Below are positions 1 to 10,546 of a stretch of DNA of 64,000 bases, piece by piece; the stretch's first letter is position 1; each line of letters opens with the position of its first letter. The position numbers and the translations under genes are program-made. Source of the DNA: Borreliella garinii (GTDB lineage Bacteria > Spirochaetota > Spirochaetia > JABEVK01); the NCBI GenBank assembly GCA_020720765.1, contig DYOB01000001.1, positions 45,222 through 109,221 on the forward strand, in the 5' to 3' direction. The notes below the pieces were generated by a model. It saw only the letters and a list, made by a program, of their open reading frames with translations. It made no database searches and was not told the DNA's origin.

Positions 1-106
1 TTTCCCTGATTCCCCCGAAGGCTCGAGGGCGCGCGAAAGGATGGAGGAATTCCAACAGATTCCACAGGGACTTGTCAGACCATCTTTAGGGAGATAGCTT
101 ACATCC

Positions 107-2932
107 ATGGATAAACTCATCATCACGGGCGCACGCCAGCATAACCTTAAAAATATCAGTCTGGAACTGCCCCGGGATAGACTCATTGTGATCACGGGTA
201 AAAGCGGGTCCGGTAAAAGCAGTCTTGCTTTCGATACTATTTTTGCCGAGGGACAAAGGCGGTATATCGAGAGTTTATCGAGTTATGCCCGTCAGTTTCT
301 GGGACAGATGGATAAACCCGATGTCGACGACATCCAGGGGCTTTCTCCGGCTATAGCCATCGAGCAAAAGACGACCAACCGCAACCCCCGCTCGACGGTG
401 GGCACCGTCACCGAGATTTATGACTATTTCCGTCTGCTCTACGCCAGGATCGGGCAGGCGTATTGCCCTACCTGCGGTACACCCATCGAGAAAAGTTCCA
501 TAGACCAGATCCGTCAAACGGTTAATAGTTGGGGGACGGGGCAAAAACTGATGATTCTCTCCCCGGTAGTACGCGGTAAAAAAGGCGAACATCATAAGAT
601 CCTCACCGACGCAAAAAAACTTGGGTACCAGCGCGCACGGATAAACGGTGAAATTGTCGAGCTCGAACAGCCAGTAAACTTGGATAAAAAAAAGAAGCAT
701 ACTATTGAAATCGTGGTTGATAGGCTTGTGAGTTCCGAACAGAACAAGAACAGGCTGAGCGAATCCCTCCAAGCATCGTTGGGTATGGCATCGGGTCAGG
801 TCATAGTGGTCAACATGACAGGAAAGGAAGAGTTGGAACATTTCTTCACAGAAAAAGGTAGTTGTCCCACCTGCGATTTTCAGATGCCGGATCTCGAACC
901 CAGGCTTTTTTCTTTCAACAGTCCCTTCGGTGCTTGCCCGGTTTGTTCGGGGCTGGGGATTACCATGGAGTTCGACCCCAAGCTCATTATCCCGGATCCG
1001 AGCCTGAGTTTTAATGAGCGTGGATTTGTACCTTATAATCCTACCGCGGCTTGGCAGAGGAGCTGGTTTACCGCACTGGCAAAACATTTTCATATCGACC
1101 TCGACACCCCCATCCAGGATTTGCCGCAAGAGGTTTATAACGCCATCCTTTTCGGCACTAAGACCCCGGTGGAATTCGTTTATGAAAACAGGGAAGGCAC
1201 CGGCCGCTTTGAATATAATACCCAATTCCGAGGAATCATCGAAGATCTCAAGAGGCGTTATAAAGAGACAACCTCCCCAGAAATCCGTATCTGGCTTGAA
1301 AAGTTCCAGAGCAGAAAATCGTGTCCAGCCTGTCACGGTCAGAGGCTGAGTACGCAGGCTCTCGCGGTGAAGATCGGTGGAATGAATATCCACGAAGTCA
1401 CAAAACTTTCCGTTGCCGAAAGCAGTAATTTTTTCAATCACCTTGTGCTTTCACCAACTCATAAGATTATTGCTGAGCAGGTCTTTAAGGAAGTCCGCAA
1501 CCGTTTGGGTTTTCTCCAGGATGTGGGTCTTGAGTACTTGACCCTTGAAAGGGAGGCGGGAACCTTGAGCGGGGGTGAGGCCCAGCGCATACGCCTCGCA
1601 ACCCAGATAGGAAGCAGTCTCACCGGTGTTCTTTATATTTTAGATGAACCGACTATAGGTCTGCACCAGAGGGATAATGAAAGGTTAATTAACACTCTGC
1701 ACAAACTCAAGGATTTGGGGAATACTCTTATAGTTGTAGAACACGACGAGCAGACCATCCTTACAGCGGATTATATCGTCGACCTTGGTCCGGGTTCTGG
1801 CATCCACGGTGGAGAGGTCATTGCTAAGGGGACAATCGACCAGATTCTGGGGGACCCGAAAAGCATCACGGGTCAATTCCTTTCAGGAAAAATCACTATT
1901 CCACACCCTGAAGTCCGTAGAAAAGGAAACGGTAATTATCTTGTACTTACAGGGGCTAAAGAGCACAACCTAAAGAACCTTACTGTTTCGTTCCCACTGG
2001 GCACTCTTACTGTTATCACAGGTGTTTCGGGTTCGGGAAAATCCACCCTCCTGGGGGATATCGTACTTCCTGCGCTCCGCAATCGTCTGGACCGACTTGC
2101 GTCACACGAGGACGAGGGAGAATACGATAGCATCACAGGGGTGGAAAACTTGGATAAAGTGATCAGTATCGACCAGAGCCCGATAGGCCGGACCCCCAGG
2201 TCAAATCCGGCGACATACGTAGGTTTGTTTGCACCGATTCGCGACCTCTTTTCCATCCTTCCCGAAAGCAAGGCCAGAGGTTACAAGGCAGGCAGGTTTT
2301 CATTTAATGTTAAAGGTGGACGCTGCGAAGCCTGCGAGGGGGGTGGGATGAAAAAAATAGAAATGCACTTTCTCCCCGATGTCTACGTGGTCTGCGACGT
2401 CTGCCAAGGAAAAAGATTTAACCAGGATACACTTGAAATTCTTTATAAGGGAAAATCCATCCATGATGTCCTTGAGATGTCCGTCGAAGAAGCTATAGAG
2501 TTTTTTTCAGCCCATCCTTCGATTCTTAACAAGTTAAAAACCCTGATGAGCGTGGGTCTCGGGTATATTAAACTCGGGCAAAGTGCACTGACACTTTCCG
2601 GCGGTGAAGCTCAGCGGGTTAAGCTCAGCCTGGAACTCAGCAAAAGGGCAACCGGGAAAACTATCTATGTCATCGATGAACCCACGACCGGCCTCCATTT
2701 TGCCGACGTTAAACAATTAATTGAAACAATTCAGAGACTCGTCGATACCGGGAACACTGCTATCCTTATCGAGCATAACCTCGATGTTATCGCGAACGCC
2801 GATTACCTCGTCGACTTAGGTCCCGAGGGTGGCGATCGAGGAGGAAACCTCGTTGCAGAAGGAACACCTGAACAAGTTTCAAAACATAAAACCTCCTACA
2901 CTGGAAAGTTTCTCAGAGAACATTTGCGATGA
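107..2932 (+). CDS. uvrA: Excinuclease ABC subunit A (UvrA), 941 aa
   Basis: Two ABC ATPase modules with Walker A motifs GKSGSGKSS and GVSGSGKST, zinc-finger Cys pairs (CPTCG, CPTCDF, CEAC...CDVC), LSGGEAQR signature twice; full length typical of UvrA. Confidence 0.95.
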   Translation: MDKLIITGARQHNLKNISLELPRDRLIVITGKSGSGKSSLAFDTIFAEGQRRYIESLSSYARQFLGQMDKPDVDDIQGLSPAIAIEQKTTNRNPRSTVGTVTEIYDYFRLLYARIGQAYCPTCGTPIEKSSIDQIRQTVNSWGTGQKLMILSPVVRGKKGEHHKILTDAKKLGYQRARINGEIVELEQPVNLDKKKKHTIEIVVDRLVSSEQNKNRLSESLQASLGMASGQVIVVNMTGKEELEHFFTEKGSCPTCDFQMPDLEPRLFSFNSPFGACPVCSGLGITMEFDPKLIIPDPSLSFNERGFVPYNPTAAWQRSWFTALAKHFHIDLDTPIQDLPQEVYNAILFGTKTPVEFVYENREGTGRFEYNTQFRGIIEDLKRRYKETTSPEIRIWLEKFQSRKSCPACHGQRLSTQALAVKIGGMNIHEVTKLSVAESSNFFNHLVLSPTHKIIAEQVFKEVRNRLGFLQDVGLEYLTLEREAGTLSGGEAQRIRLATQIGSSLTGVLYILDEPTIGLHQRDNERLINTLHKLKDLGNTLIVVEHDEQTILTADYIVDLGPGSGIHGGEVIAKGTIDQILGDPKSITGQFLSGKITIPHPEVRRKGNGNYLVLTGAKEHNLKNLTVSFPLGTLTVITGVSGSGKSTLLGDIVLPALRNRLDRLASHEDEGEYDSITGVENLDKVISIDQSPIGRTPRSNPATYVGLFAPIRDLFSILPESKARGYKAGRFSFNVKGGRCEACEGGGMKKIEMHFLPDVYVVCDVCQGKRFNQDTLEILYKGKSIHDVLEMSVEEAIEFFSAHPSILNKLKTLMSVGLGYIKLGQSALTLSGGEAQRVKLSLELSKRATGKTIYVIDEPTTGLHFADVKQLIETIQRLVDTGNTAILIEHNLDVIANADYLVDLGPEGGDRGGNLVAEGTPEQVSKHKTSYTGKFLREHLR

Positions 2933-5900
2933 AGTGGTTCGGGTTTCCTTTTCTTCTTGGGCTAGTTTTTTCAGCGTCACTTTACGCTCAAGAACCAGTC
3001 GCTGAGGTACCTGAGATAGACTGGAAAACCGAAGTGAACAAAATGGACCTTCAGAGCGTAGACCTGGAAGAGTTGAAAATCTGGGCAAGGACCCTCGGGT
3101 TGGAAGAAACCGGATCCAGAGAAGATTTGGTGAAACGCATTGCTGATAAACTCGGAATAACTTTTGACAGCTCTGAAGCGGCGAACAAGACTGTGAGTAT
3201 CGAAGCTGCTGAAAGTCTCAACACTTTTGAGATGAAAGAGATCGGTGAAGACTACATTCGCATAACAGGAAAAGTCAATATTGTCCTCAACGATAAAGAT
3301 AAGGAAACCTCCCACCGGATAACCGCAGATACTCTTATCCTGAATAAGGCAAGGAACATCCTGGAGGCTAAAGGCAGTGTGGTTTATACATTGACCCGTG
3401 GAACCCAGGTCGAGGTCTTTAGAGGAGATAGTTTGGTATTCCGCCTTGACGACTGGATGGGAGTTTTCTACGGCGGGTCGAGCGAACGCGACCGAACGGT
3501 CTCGGGGAAAACTCTGAGATTCCTTTTTACCGGGGAAGAAATCCACAGGTCAGGCGAGGATGTGGTGATCATGGAGAATGGCCTTATCACTTCCAGCCTT
3601 CCTAAAAATCCCTATTATTCAATACGGGCCAGTAAAATCTGGATTTTAGCGCCGGGTGAATGGGGCTTTCAGAATGCGTTTCTCTATATAGGAAGGGTCC
3701 CTGTTTTTTATTTCCCCATTTATTTCCAGCCGGGCGACGATATGTGGTTCAACCCCGTCATTGGTTTGCCAGAACCTACGGATAGACGCGGGACCTACCT
3801 CCAGACTACAACATATTTTTTTGGGAAGAAGAAAGAAGAGGACAGCCCACTGTCTTTTCTCCAGCTGGGAGAGAGTGATGATACGACACCGCGTGTGATC
3901 AGTGGTCTATACCTAGTCAGGGATACCGACGCACCTCCCGTAACGGCGAATCAGAACTGGACCCTTAAACTTCTGGCCGATCTTTACACAAACCTCGGAG
4001 TATACACAGGACTGGAAGGAAGCCTGACAACCATTGGTTTTCTTGAAAGCTGGACCTTCTTGGCGGGTTTGGGTTTCAGTCGGAATGTTTACCCCGGCGC
4101 CCCTTGGACCCCTTTCTTTTTTCAACCCGAGGCCGGGCTTTGGGAGCAAAGTGTCTGGAATAAAAGCCGGGTCGGTACTCTTGAACTCCCCTTCCGTTAC
4201 AGGCTTGAATCCCGGGCGCAGAGTATGGGGTGGAGCTTAATTTGGGAGTTTTGGTCCGACCCGTTTTTAGGGGAGGATTTTGGAAGTCGTAGCGAAACCT
4301 TCAGTCCATTCGCCCTGATAGGTTTTGGTCCAAAACCTTCAACCGTGACGGAATCAAAGAAAAGCAGTCTCCTCTGGTCCCTGAGTGGGGCGGTGAACCC
4401 CACGGTCCAAATTCTGAACCCTTGGATAACCAGCTTATCTTTCACACCCATTGAGGCCCGCATGGATTATGGGACCAGGACCCATCCTGATTACCTCAGT
4501 CCTGATCCTTCGAGGGAATGGTTTGCCCCGACACGTTTTACACTCCCGAATTTCAGGATTAACCTTGCAGGAGAACTCTTGAATTTTGGTAAAGCCACTT
4601 CAAGAACAAGGCCGGTGCTTTTAGACCCCTTTCGGGAACCAACTCCCGCCCCTGTTCCTGATCCAGGTACAACAGTGCCTGCGGCAGAACCGCCCAAAGT
4701 CGATCCTCTATTTCCCCAACTCCATCTACCGGGACCAGTGTTAGGATCACAAGTTTCCGGGGCACAAACGACTTCAGATAATACATTTGTTCTCAACTAC
4801 ACATGGAACGGTGCTTGGACAACCGACGGCGAGTACAACCAATTGCTTTGGATTCGACCCTATGACGTGGACTGGAGTGTACGGTATGCAAGGAACCAGT
4901 ACAACCAATCGGGTAAACTCGGTTTAACCACCGGTATTCTGGGGCAAACCTTCCGTTCCGAACATTCCTTGAGTTTTTCGGACCGATCGCGCTGGTCGTG
5001 GTTTTTTGATGATAGAGTCTCCGAGACTGATAAGGATACCTTGATAACTTCAGACTACCAAAACGTATCCACCCAGGTTACGAACGCCAATCAAGTGACA
5101 ATTTCGCCCTTGCTTTGGTTATTTCCCTTACGCCTGACTACCACCGCGTACAGTCTGGGACTGCGCCTCTATGAAAAGCGTTACAAGACTTATGACACCA
5201 TCAATAATTCCGGCGTATTCGATGAATACTACCCGGAATGGAAACAGGAGTCTGTGAATCTCCATGAAATCAGTGCGACTCTCCCGTGGACTCCCTTTGA
5301 AGACTCACAGCTCCTTAATATTAACCTTCAGGGAAAAACCTCGTTGGACCCCAGGCCTGTAGAAAGAACCGCGTCGATCAACGTGAGCTCGCGTTGGGAA
5401 ACCTTGTTTTCCTCCCTGAGTGCGGGAATAAAAGGAAACGAGATCGAGTGGCTCCCGGATTTATTGAAATGGACTGCGGAATGGTCTCCATTTTCGTGGA
5501 AATTGTCCAATTCCCTCGACTACGACCTTAAAAAACAAAGGTGGAGCAGCGAAACCGCGACTTTAACCGGATACGGGCTTACTCTTCGCTACTTCCAAAC
5601 CCAAACAGTCCCTTACTATTTCGATACATTGACTAAAAGGTGGATCGCAGGTTTTGAAGGAGGTTCATTCACAGCAGGGGACACTTTTTTTCTGCCTCTT
5701 GAAACTTCTTTGTCCTACCAACTTCCTTCTTTTATCATCACAGACGATCAAAAAATCACAGAATGGAACTTGAGTACTTCGGTTAATGCAAATATTAATA
5801 TCCAGCAGTATACGAATTCCAATTTGAGTTTTCAAACAAGTCTAACTTTTAAAATAATCAACTATCTCGATATGAGTTTCAGCGCCTCAAGTACAAACAG

Positions 5901-6246
5901 GGCGTTTTACAGGTATATCCCAGGGTTGGCTGAGAGCCTTGGCCTTGGGCTTTTCACCCTTAACCCCCTGGAGGATATTCTGAGGGGTTTTTACTTTTGG
6001 GATGAAGAATCAAGACGCAAAAGCACCTTTAAGATTTCACGACTTTCATTCTCTGTTATCCACACCATGCCGGATTGGACTTTAACTTTCAAACTGGAAG
6101 GAACACCTAAACTCGAAGGAGTACCTCTTCAATACATTTGGTCGACAAATTTCTCGGTTCTTCTTGAGTGGAAACCCATTTCAGAAATTCGAAATGATCT
6201 AAAAGTCGATGATAAGGGTGTATGGACAATAAAGACGGATTCTTGA
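2929..6246 (+). CDS. Large secreted outer-membrane protein, LptD/OstA-like (1105 aa); ATGA overlap with uvrA stop
   Basis: N-terminal signal peptide [21 protein letters not shown]; OstA-like N-domain wording (KVNIVLNDKDKETSHRITADTLILNKARNILEAKGSVVYT); long aromatic/Gly-rich C-terminal region consistent with a beta-barrel; sits directly after uvrA as in T. pallidum TP0514/TP0515 (from memory). Confidence 0.55.
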   Translation: MKWFGFPFLLGLVFSASLYAQEPVAEVPEIDWKTEVNKMDLQSVDLEELKIWARTLGLEETGSREDLVKRIADKLGITFDSSEAANKTVSIEAAESLNTFEMKEIGEDYIRITGKVNIVLNDKDKETSHRITADTLILNKARNILEAKGSVVYTLTRGTQVEVFRGDSLVFRLDDWMGVFYGGSSERDRTVSGKTLRFLFTGEEIHRSGEDVVIMENGLITSSLPKNPYYSIRASKIWILAPGEWGFQNAFLYIGRVPVFYFPIYFQPGDDMWFNPVIGLPEPTDRRGTYLQTTTYFFGKKKEEDSPLSFLQLGESDDTTPRVISGLYLVRDTDAPPVTANQNWTLKLLADLYTNLGVYTGLEGSLTTIGFLESWTFLAGLGFSRNVYPGAPWTPFFFQPEAGLWEQSVWNKSRVGTLELPFRYRLESRAQSMGWSLIWEFWSDPFLGEDFGSRSETFSPFALIGFGPKPSTVTESKKSSLLWSLSGAVNPTVQILNPWITSLSFTPIEARMDYGTRTHPDYLSPDPSREWFAPTRFTLPNFRINLAGELLNFGKATSRTRPVLLDPFREPTPAPVPDPGTTVPAAEPPKVDPLFPQLHLPGPVLGSQVSGAQTTSDNTFVLNYTWNGAWTTDGEYNQLLWIRPYDVDWSVRYARNQYNQSGKLGLTTGILGQTFRSEHSLSFSDRSRWSWFFDDRVSETDKDTLITSDYQNVSTQVTNANQVTISPLLWLFPLRLTTTAYSLGLRLYEKRYKTYDTINNSGVFDEYYPEWKQESVNLHEISATLPWTPFEDSQLLNINLQGKTSLDPRPVERTASINVSSRWETLFSSLSAGIKGNEIEWLPDLLKWTAEWSPFSWKLSNSLDYDLKKQRWSSETATLTGYGLTLRYFQTQTVPYYFDTLTKRWIAGFEGGSFTAGDTFFLPLETSLSYQLPSFIITDDQKITEWNLSTSVNANINIQQYTNSNLSFQTSLTFKIINYLDMSFSASSTNRAFYRYIPGLAESLGLGLFTLNPLEDILRGFYFWDEESRRKSTFKISRLSFSVIHTMPDWTLTFKLEGTPKLEGVPLQYIWSTNFSVLLEWKPISEIRNDLKVDDKGVWTIKTDS

Positions 6247-6306
6247 CGCAACAAAACACAACGAGGTACACTGTAAGAGGAGGAAACCCTGGCAATACTT
6301 GAAAAG

Positions 6307-7209
6307 GTGATGATAAGTGAAGAATCCCTAGCTTCGAATATTTGCGGAGTAAACGACATCAACCTCAGGCATCTTGAATCGGTCTTTGGGGGAATCGTTT
6401 TTTCCAGGGGGAATCTGATTATCCTGGATAACGCGAGTGAAGAAAAACGCGAAGGTTTTAGAAAACTTGTCGGGTCCCTTGAGTCTCTTGCGGCGCAGGG
6501 CCACCCGATTCACCCCGACCTCATTTTCAACTCCATCGAAAGGGTTTCCGCCTCGGAAGCTGTAATTTCCATTCCCCATGGTGAAAGTGTTTTTCCACGA
6601 ACCAACAGTCAGAGCCGGATGGTTGTTGCGGTCAGACAAAATAGCGTCACGCTTGCCATCGGACCTTCAGGTACAGGAAAGACCTTTCTGGCAGTAGCCT
6701 TGGGCTTGGCCGACGTTCTAGGAAAAAAGAAACGCAAACTTATTCTCACCCGGCCTGTTGTAGAAGCTGGTGAAAACCTGGGATTCCTACCGGGTGACCT
6801 CTCGCAAAAAATCAGTCCCTACCTAAGGCCCCTCTACGACGCCATGGAAGATTTGGTTCCCTACGAGGTTGTCCAAAGGTTGGAAGAAATGCGACAACTT
6901 GAAATAGCCCCGCTTGCCTATATGCGGGGGAGAAGTTTGAGAAATAGTTTTATCATCCTGGACGAGGCCCAGAATACCACAAAGGGACAGATGAAAATGT
7001 TCTTGACGAGGCTGGGCGAAGGGACCAAAGCTGTAGTTATGGGTGACGTTTCCCAGGTAGATCTTCCACGGAGGGAACAATCCGGTCTGCTTGAAGCTCA
7101 AGAACTTCTTCAAGGCGTTCAGGATATCAGCATCATCAATTTTGATAAGACCGAAGTTATCCGAAGCGCACTCGTTCGTCATATTGTAGAAGCCTATGAG
7201 AAATCTTAA
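6307..7209 (+). CDS. phoH: PhoH-like ATPase (YbeZ family)
   Basis: Walker A GPSGTGKTFLAVA, Walker B ILDEAQN, conserved PhoH C-terminal region; first gene of phoH-pgpH-ybeY-corC cluster. Confidence 0.9.
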   Translation: MMISEESLASNICGVNDINLRHLESVFGGIVFSRGNLIILDNASEEKREGFRKLVGSLESLAAQGHPIHPDLIFNSIERVSASEAVISIPHGESVFPRTNSQSRMVVAVRQNSVTLAIGPSGTGKTFLAVALGLADVLGKKKRKLILTRPVVEAGENLGFLPGDLSQKISPYLRPLYDAMEDLVPYEVVQRLEEMRQLEIAPLAYMRGRSLRNSFIILDEAQNTTKGQMKMFLTRLGEGTKAVVMGDVSQVDLPRREQSGLLEAQELLQGVQDISIINFDKTEVIRSALVRHIVEAYEKS

Positions 7210-9337
7210 TAACAGTTCTTATTCCCGGTTCAGGCTGGATCGATTCGTGCTCGGACTAGTTTTCACTCTAAGTTTCATCATTCTCTTTATGGGGGTGCCA
7301 GGTAATTTCTTTTCTCTTCCCGGGGACGCCGATTTGGTGGTGGGGGAGAAATTGTCTTACCGTGTTGTTTCCGACCGAGAGTACCAATTTGTAGATACTG
7401 TCAATACGCGCCGTAGAATGCTTGCCAGAACCCAGCTTGCCCGGCCTGTTTATAAAATCCGGGAAGATATCACGACAGAGATCCTCGCTTCTTTTGATTA
7501 CGTCGCTCAGACTTTACGTACGGCGAAGGAGAACGGATTAAATCCCTCCGAAGTTTTTTTACAACTTGAGGATATTTACACCGGGAGATTTCGACCCAGC
7601 GATATTCTAAACTTTCTTTCTATGCCTAGCCTCGACACCTTTCTTGACAGGGAAAGAGAAATCCTCGTGGATGTTATGGAACTCGGTGTCCTTGAAGCTA
7701 ATAGTACGCAAATACCTACCCAGGGAATCGAAATGCGTTCCAGCCTCAATTCAGGAGAGGTACGCATCCCCATATCAAGAAATTCCGTCCTGGTTTTTAA
7801 CAAGCATAAACTCCTCTTCAACCAAATGCGCGAGGCTAGAAGTTTACCTTCTGTCGAACCAGGCCTGGCGGACGTCCTTTTACAACCAAATACCTTCTTT
7901 GATAAGGATGCAACGGAAGAAATGCTTGGAAGCATCGAGAGGAATACCCCGCCCGTAATGACCACAATCCGGAAAGGTCAGGTCCTCCTTGAGGATGGTG
8001 AAATCATTACGACTGAAAGCAGGAACCGAATTCTCGAACTTTCCGGATCGTTGCGTGGAAAACTTTTTTCTAAGGGACTGAGTATCGTTATTGTCCTGGT
8101 TTTGGTTTTCGTTCTCTGGTTCACTTTTTTTCCTAAAATCAATTCTTCAGTTTTAAAAGATTATTCTTTTCAGGCAATAACTGCTGTGATATGGATTTTC
8201 TTCCTTACCTATTCGGTTACGAGCGCAGCCTTCTGGCCTTCTTGGGTGGGAATTCTTTTTTCCCCGCTAGGACTTGTGGTCCTGTTTGTCACCTTTCTAT
8301 CACAACCTCTCACTGGAGCCGTGTTTTCCCTTCTTATCAGTCTTCCTGTTCTGTTTTTTGTTTCTCCTTTATCTTTTACGGCATTGGGAATTTCCCAAGC
8401 ACTGACCGCATTTTTTATCACTAAGGTTAAAGGGCGAATCGATCTTTTCAAAGCTGGTCTTCTTCTGGGGGTCCTTAATTTTCTTCTCAGCCTTTCAGGT
8501 CAATTCTGGAGTCCTGACTGGAATTCAGACTGGTTAATCCAGAGCGTTCTTTTCGGGTTAAACGGGTTGTTAACGGGAATTCTTGCGCTCGGCCTGCTCC
8601 CTCCGCTGGAACTCGTTTTGAACTTACCGACACGCTTCAGGCTTCAAGAACTCAGCGACCTCAATGCACCGATTCTGAAAAAAATGTTGAGCCTGGCTCC
8701 CGGGACATACGCCCATTCCGTCAACGTTTCGCATCTTTCGGAAAACGCAGCGCGAGCTATTGGAGCAGATGCTCTTTTATCGCGCGTAGGTGCTATTTAC
8801 CACGATATTGGTAAAATTGAACAAGCCGAGTACTTTGTTGAAAACCAACATGGTTTTAATAAGCATGATGAGCTCAAGCCCAATATGAGTGTCGCAATTC
8901 TTAAGGCCCACGTAAGAAACGGAATTGAAAAGGGCAAGGAACTCAGCCTTCCCCAAAAAATTATGGATATTATTCTCCAGCATCACGGCAACGGGCTGAT
9001 CGAGTTTTTTTATAGTAAGGCGTGTGAAGCTGAAAAAAAGGAATTATCAAAGGATGAATTTCGCTACCCCGGACCCAATCCTCAGTTTAAAGAGAGCGCA
9101 GTAGTGATGTTTGCAGATACGGTTGAAGCAGCCTGCAGAACACTTAAAAATCCAAACAGAAGTACTCTGGAACGGTATATTTCGGATCTAATACAAAAGA
9201 AAGTGAATGAGGAATTGCTTAACGATAGCGGTTTAAGCCTAGGGGAGATTCAAAAAATAAAAGACAGCCTTATCCAAACTATGGCGGGTCAATTCCATTC
9301 ACGCATCGAGTATCCGGACGGTGGAAATGGACGCTGA
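7196..9337 (+). CDS. pgpH: 7TM receptor with intracellular HD hydrolase domain (PgpH/YqfF-like)
   Basis: N-terminal extracellular region, seven hydrophobic helices in the middle, C-terminal HD domain with HDIGK motif and downstream LQHHG; conserved position between phoH and ybeY. Confidence 0.85.
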   Translation: MRNLNNSSYSRFRLDRFVLGLVFTLSFIILFMGVPGNFFSLPGDADLVVGEKLSYRVVSDREYQFVDTVNTRRRMLARTQLARPVYKIREDITTEILASFDYVAQTLRTAKENGLNPSEVFLQLEDIYTGRFRPSDILNFLSMPSLDTFLDREREILVDVMELGVLEANSTQIPTQGIEMRSSLNSGEVRIPISRNSVLVFNKHKLLFNQMREARSLPSVEPGLADVLLQPNTFFDKDATEEMLGSIERNTPPVMTTIRKGQVLLEDGEIITTESRNRILELSGSLRGKLFSKGLSIVIVLVLVFVLWFTFFPKINSSVLKDYSFQAITAVIWIFFLTYSVTSAAFWPSWVGILFSPLGLVVLFVTFLSQPLTGAVFSLLISLPVLFFVSPLSFTALGISQALTAFFITKVKGRIDLFKAGLLLGVLNFLLSLSGQFWSPDWNSDWLIQSVLFGLNGLLTGILALGLLPPLELVLNLPTRFRLQELSDLNAPILKKMLSLAPGTYAHSVNVSHLSENAARAIGADALLSRVGAIYHDIGKIEQAEYFVENQHGFNKHDELKPNMSVAILKAHVRNGIEKGKELSLPQKIMDIILQHHGNGLIEFFYSKACEAEKKELSKDEFRYPGPNPQFKESAVVMFADTVEAACRTLKNPNRSTLERYISDLIQKKVNEELLNDSGLSLGEIQKIKDSLIQTMAGQFHSRIEYPDGGNGR

Positions 9338-9767
9338 CCTTGAAATCCACTGGATAGACGGGGTAGAACCGGTATATTCAAAAGTATTTCATCAATTTTT
9401 AGAATGGATTTGGGTTGAATTAGATATTGAAACAGTGAACTTAGGTATAGTATTCTGTGAAGAAGATATAATGAAGGACTATAACCACAGGTTTCGACAA
9501 AAAGATCAGGTGACAGACGTCTTGTCTTTTCTGAACGATGAACATCCTTCAAAGAGCAGGATTCGGGGGGACCTTCTTCTTTGTCCCAAGTATATTGCCG
9601 AGTCGGCGGATGATGTTAAGGTGGACTTTTTAGATGAGCTTTTACGGGTTACGCTTCACGGAAACTTACATCTTTTAGGATGGGATCATGCGTCGAACGA
9701 TGCTGGCGAACCCATGTTGAGTTTTCAGGAAGAGTTGCTTGGCAGATGGAAAAGGAAAGGAAAGTGA
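9321..9767 (+). CDS. ybeY: Endoribonuclease YbeY (16S rRNA maturation)
   Basis: Metal-binding motif HGNLHLLGWDH; 148 aa; conserved operon position. Confidence 0.9.
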   Translation: MEMDADLEIHWIDGVEPVYSKVFHQFLEWIWVELDIETVNLGIVFCEEDIMKDYNHRFRQKDQVTDVLSFLNDEHPSKSRIRGDLLLCPKYIAESADDVKVDFLDELLRVTLHGNLHLLGWDHASNDAGEPMLSFQEELLGRWKRKGK

Positions 9768-10546
9768 AGAAGAGGGGTTTTTTTGAGGGTTTGTTCGGAA
9801 AGAAGCACGATAAAAGTAGTCCGAGCAGCGATGAGTCTGAAATGATCGAAGGTATCAGGGAATTAGGGGGGACCACCGTCAAGGAAGTTCTGGTCCCAAG
9901 GATTGATACCGTTTTTCTTCCCTCTGTTGTCCTATCCTCAGATTTGTTGAAAATCATGGTGGACAGCGGACATAGCCGCTACCCTGTTTTTCAGGATACC
10001 ATAGACAATGTTGTGGGTGTCCTTTATTTGAAAGATGTGGTGAGATACCTTTACCGCCAGGATTTTAAACTTCCCGACCAGGTTGAACTCGTTTCGTTGT
10101 GCAGGCCGGCTTTCTTTGTCCCGGATTCAAAACGCCTTGACAGCCTCCTCGCTGAGTTTAAACGTAAGCGTGTTCATATTGCCGTAGCCTTGGATGAATA
10201 CGGCGGAGTTTCCGGAGTTGTCTGCATGGAAGACGTCATTGAAATTATCATCGGCGACATCCAAGACGAATTCGACAACGAAGTTGAGGACATCATTGTC
10301 CTTAACCCTACAACCTTCCTCTGCGACGCCCGAGTCTCCATCGAAGAGCTGAACGACCGTCTGAATTTCAATCTCCCCCATACGGATTTCGATACTCTGG
10401 GCGGCTATGTTTTCGATTTATTTGGTAAGATTCCCGTGAGGTTCGAAAAGGCGACTTCCAATGGGATTGAATTTATCATTCAGAGTATGGACGGTCATAA
10501 AATCAAAACAATTAAGATTGTAAAAAATGATACTTATGAAGAATAA
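9746..10546 (+). CDS. corC: CBS-pair plus CorC/HlyC transporter-associated domain protein (CorC-like Mg/Co efflux accessory); ORF opens at 9680, ATG at 9746 preferred to limit overlap with ybeY
   Basis: Tandem CBS-like segments followed by CorC_HlyC-type C-terminal domain (IEFIIQSMDGHKIKTIKIV); standard fourth gene of the ybeZ-ybeY cluster. Confidence 0.8.
   Translation: MEKERKVKKRGFFEGLFGKKHDKSSPSSDESEMIEGIRELGGTTVKEVLVPRIDTVFLPSVVLSSDLLKIMVDSGHSRYPVFQDTIDNVVGVLYLKDVVRYLYRQDFKLPDQVELVSLCRPAFFVPDSKRLDSLLAEFKRKRVHIAVALDEYGGVSGVVCMEDVIEIIIGDIQDEFDNEVEDIIVLNPTTFLCDARVSIEELNDRLNFNLPHTDFDTLGGYVFDLFGKIPVRFEKATSNGIEFIIQSMDGHKIKTIKIVKNDTYEE

Noticed and set aside
275-1441. 388-aa minus-strand ORF inside uvrA, and similar long antisense ORFs at 34000-34977, 21538-22059, 43649-44167 and 55747-56238
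   Set aside because: Fully embedded antisense to strongly conserved genes (uvrA, cfpA-like, htrA, guaB, oadB). No motifs. Typical spurious ORFs in roughly 50% GC DNA.
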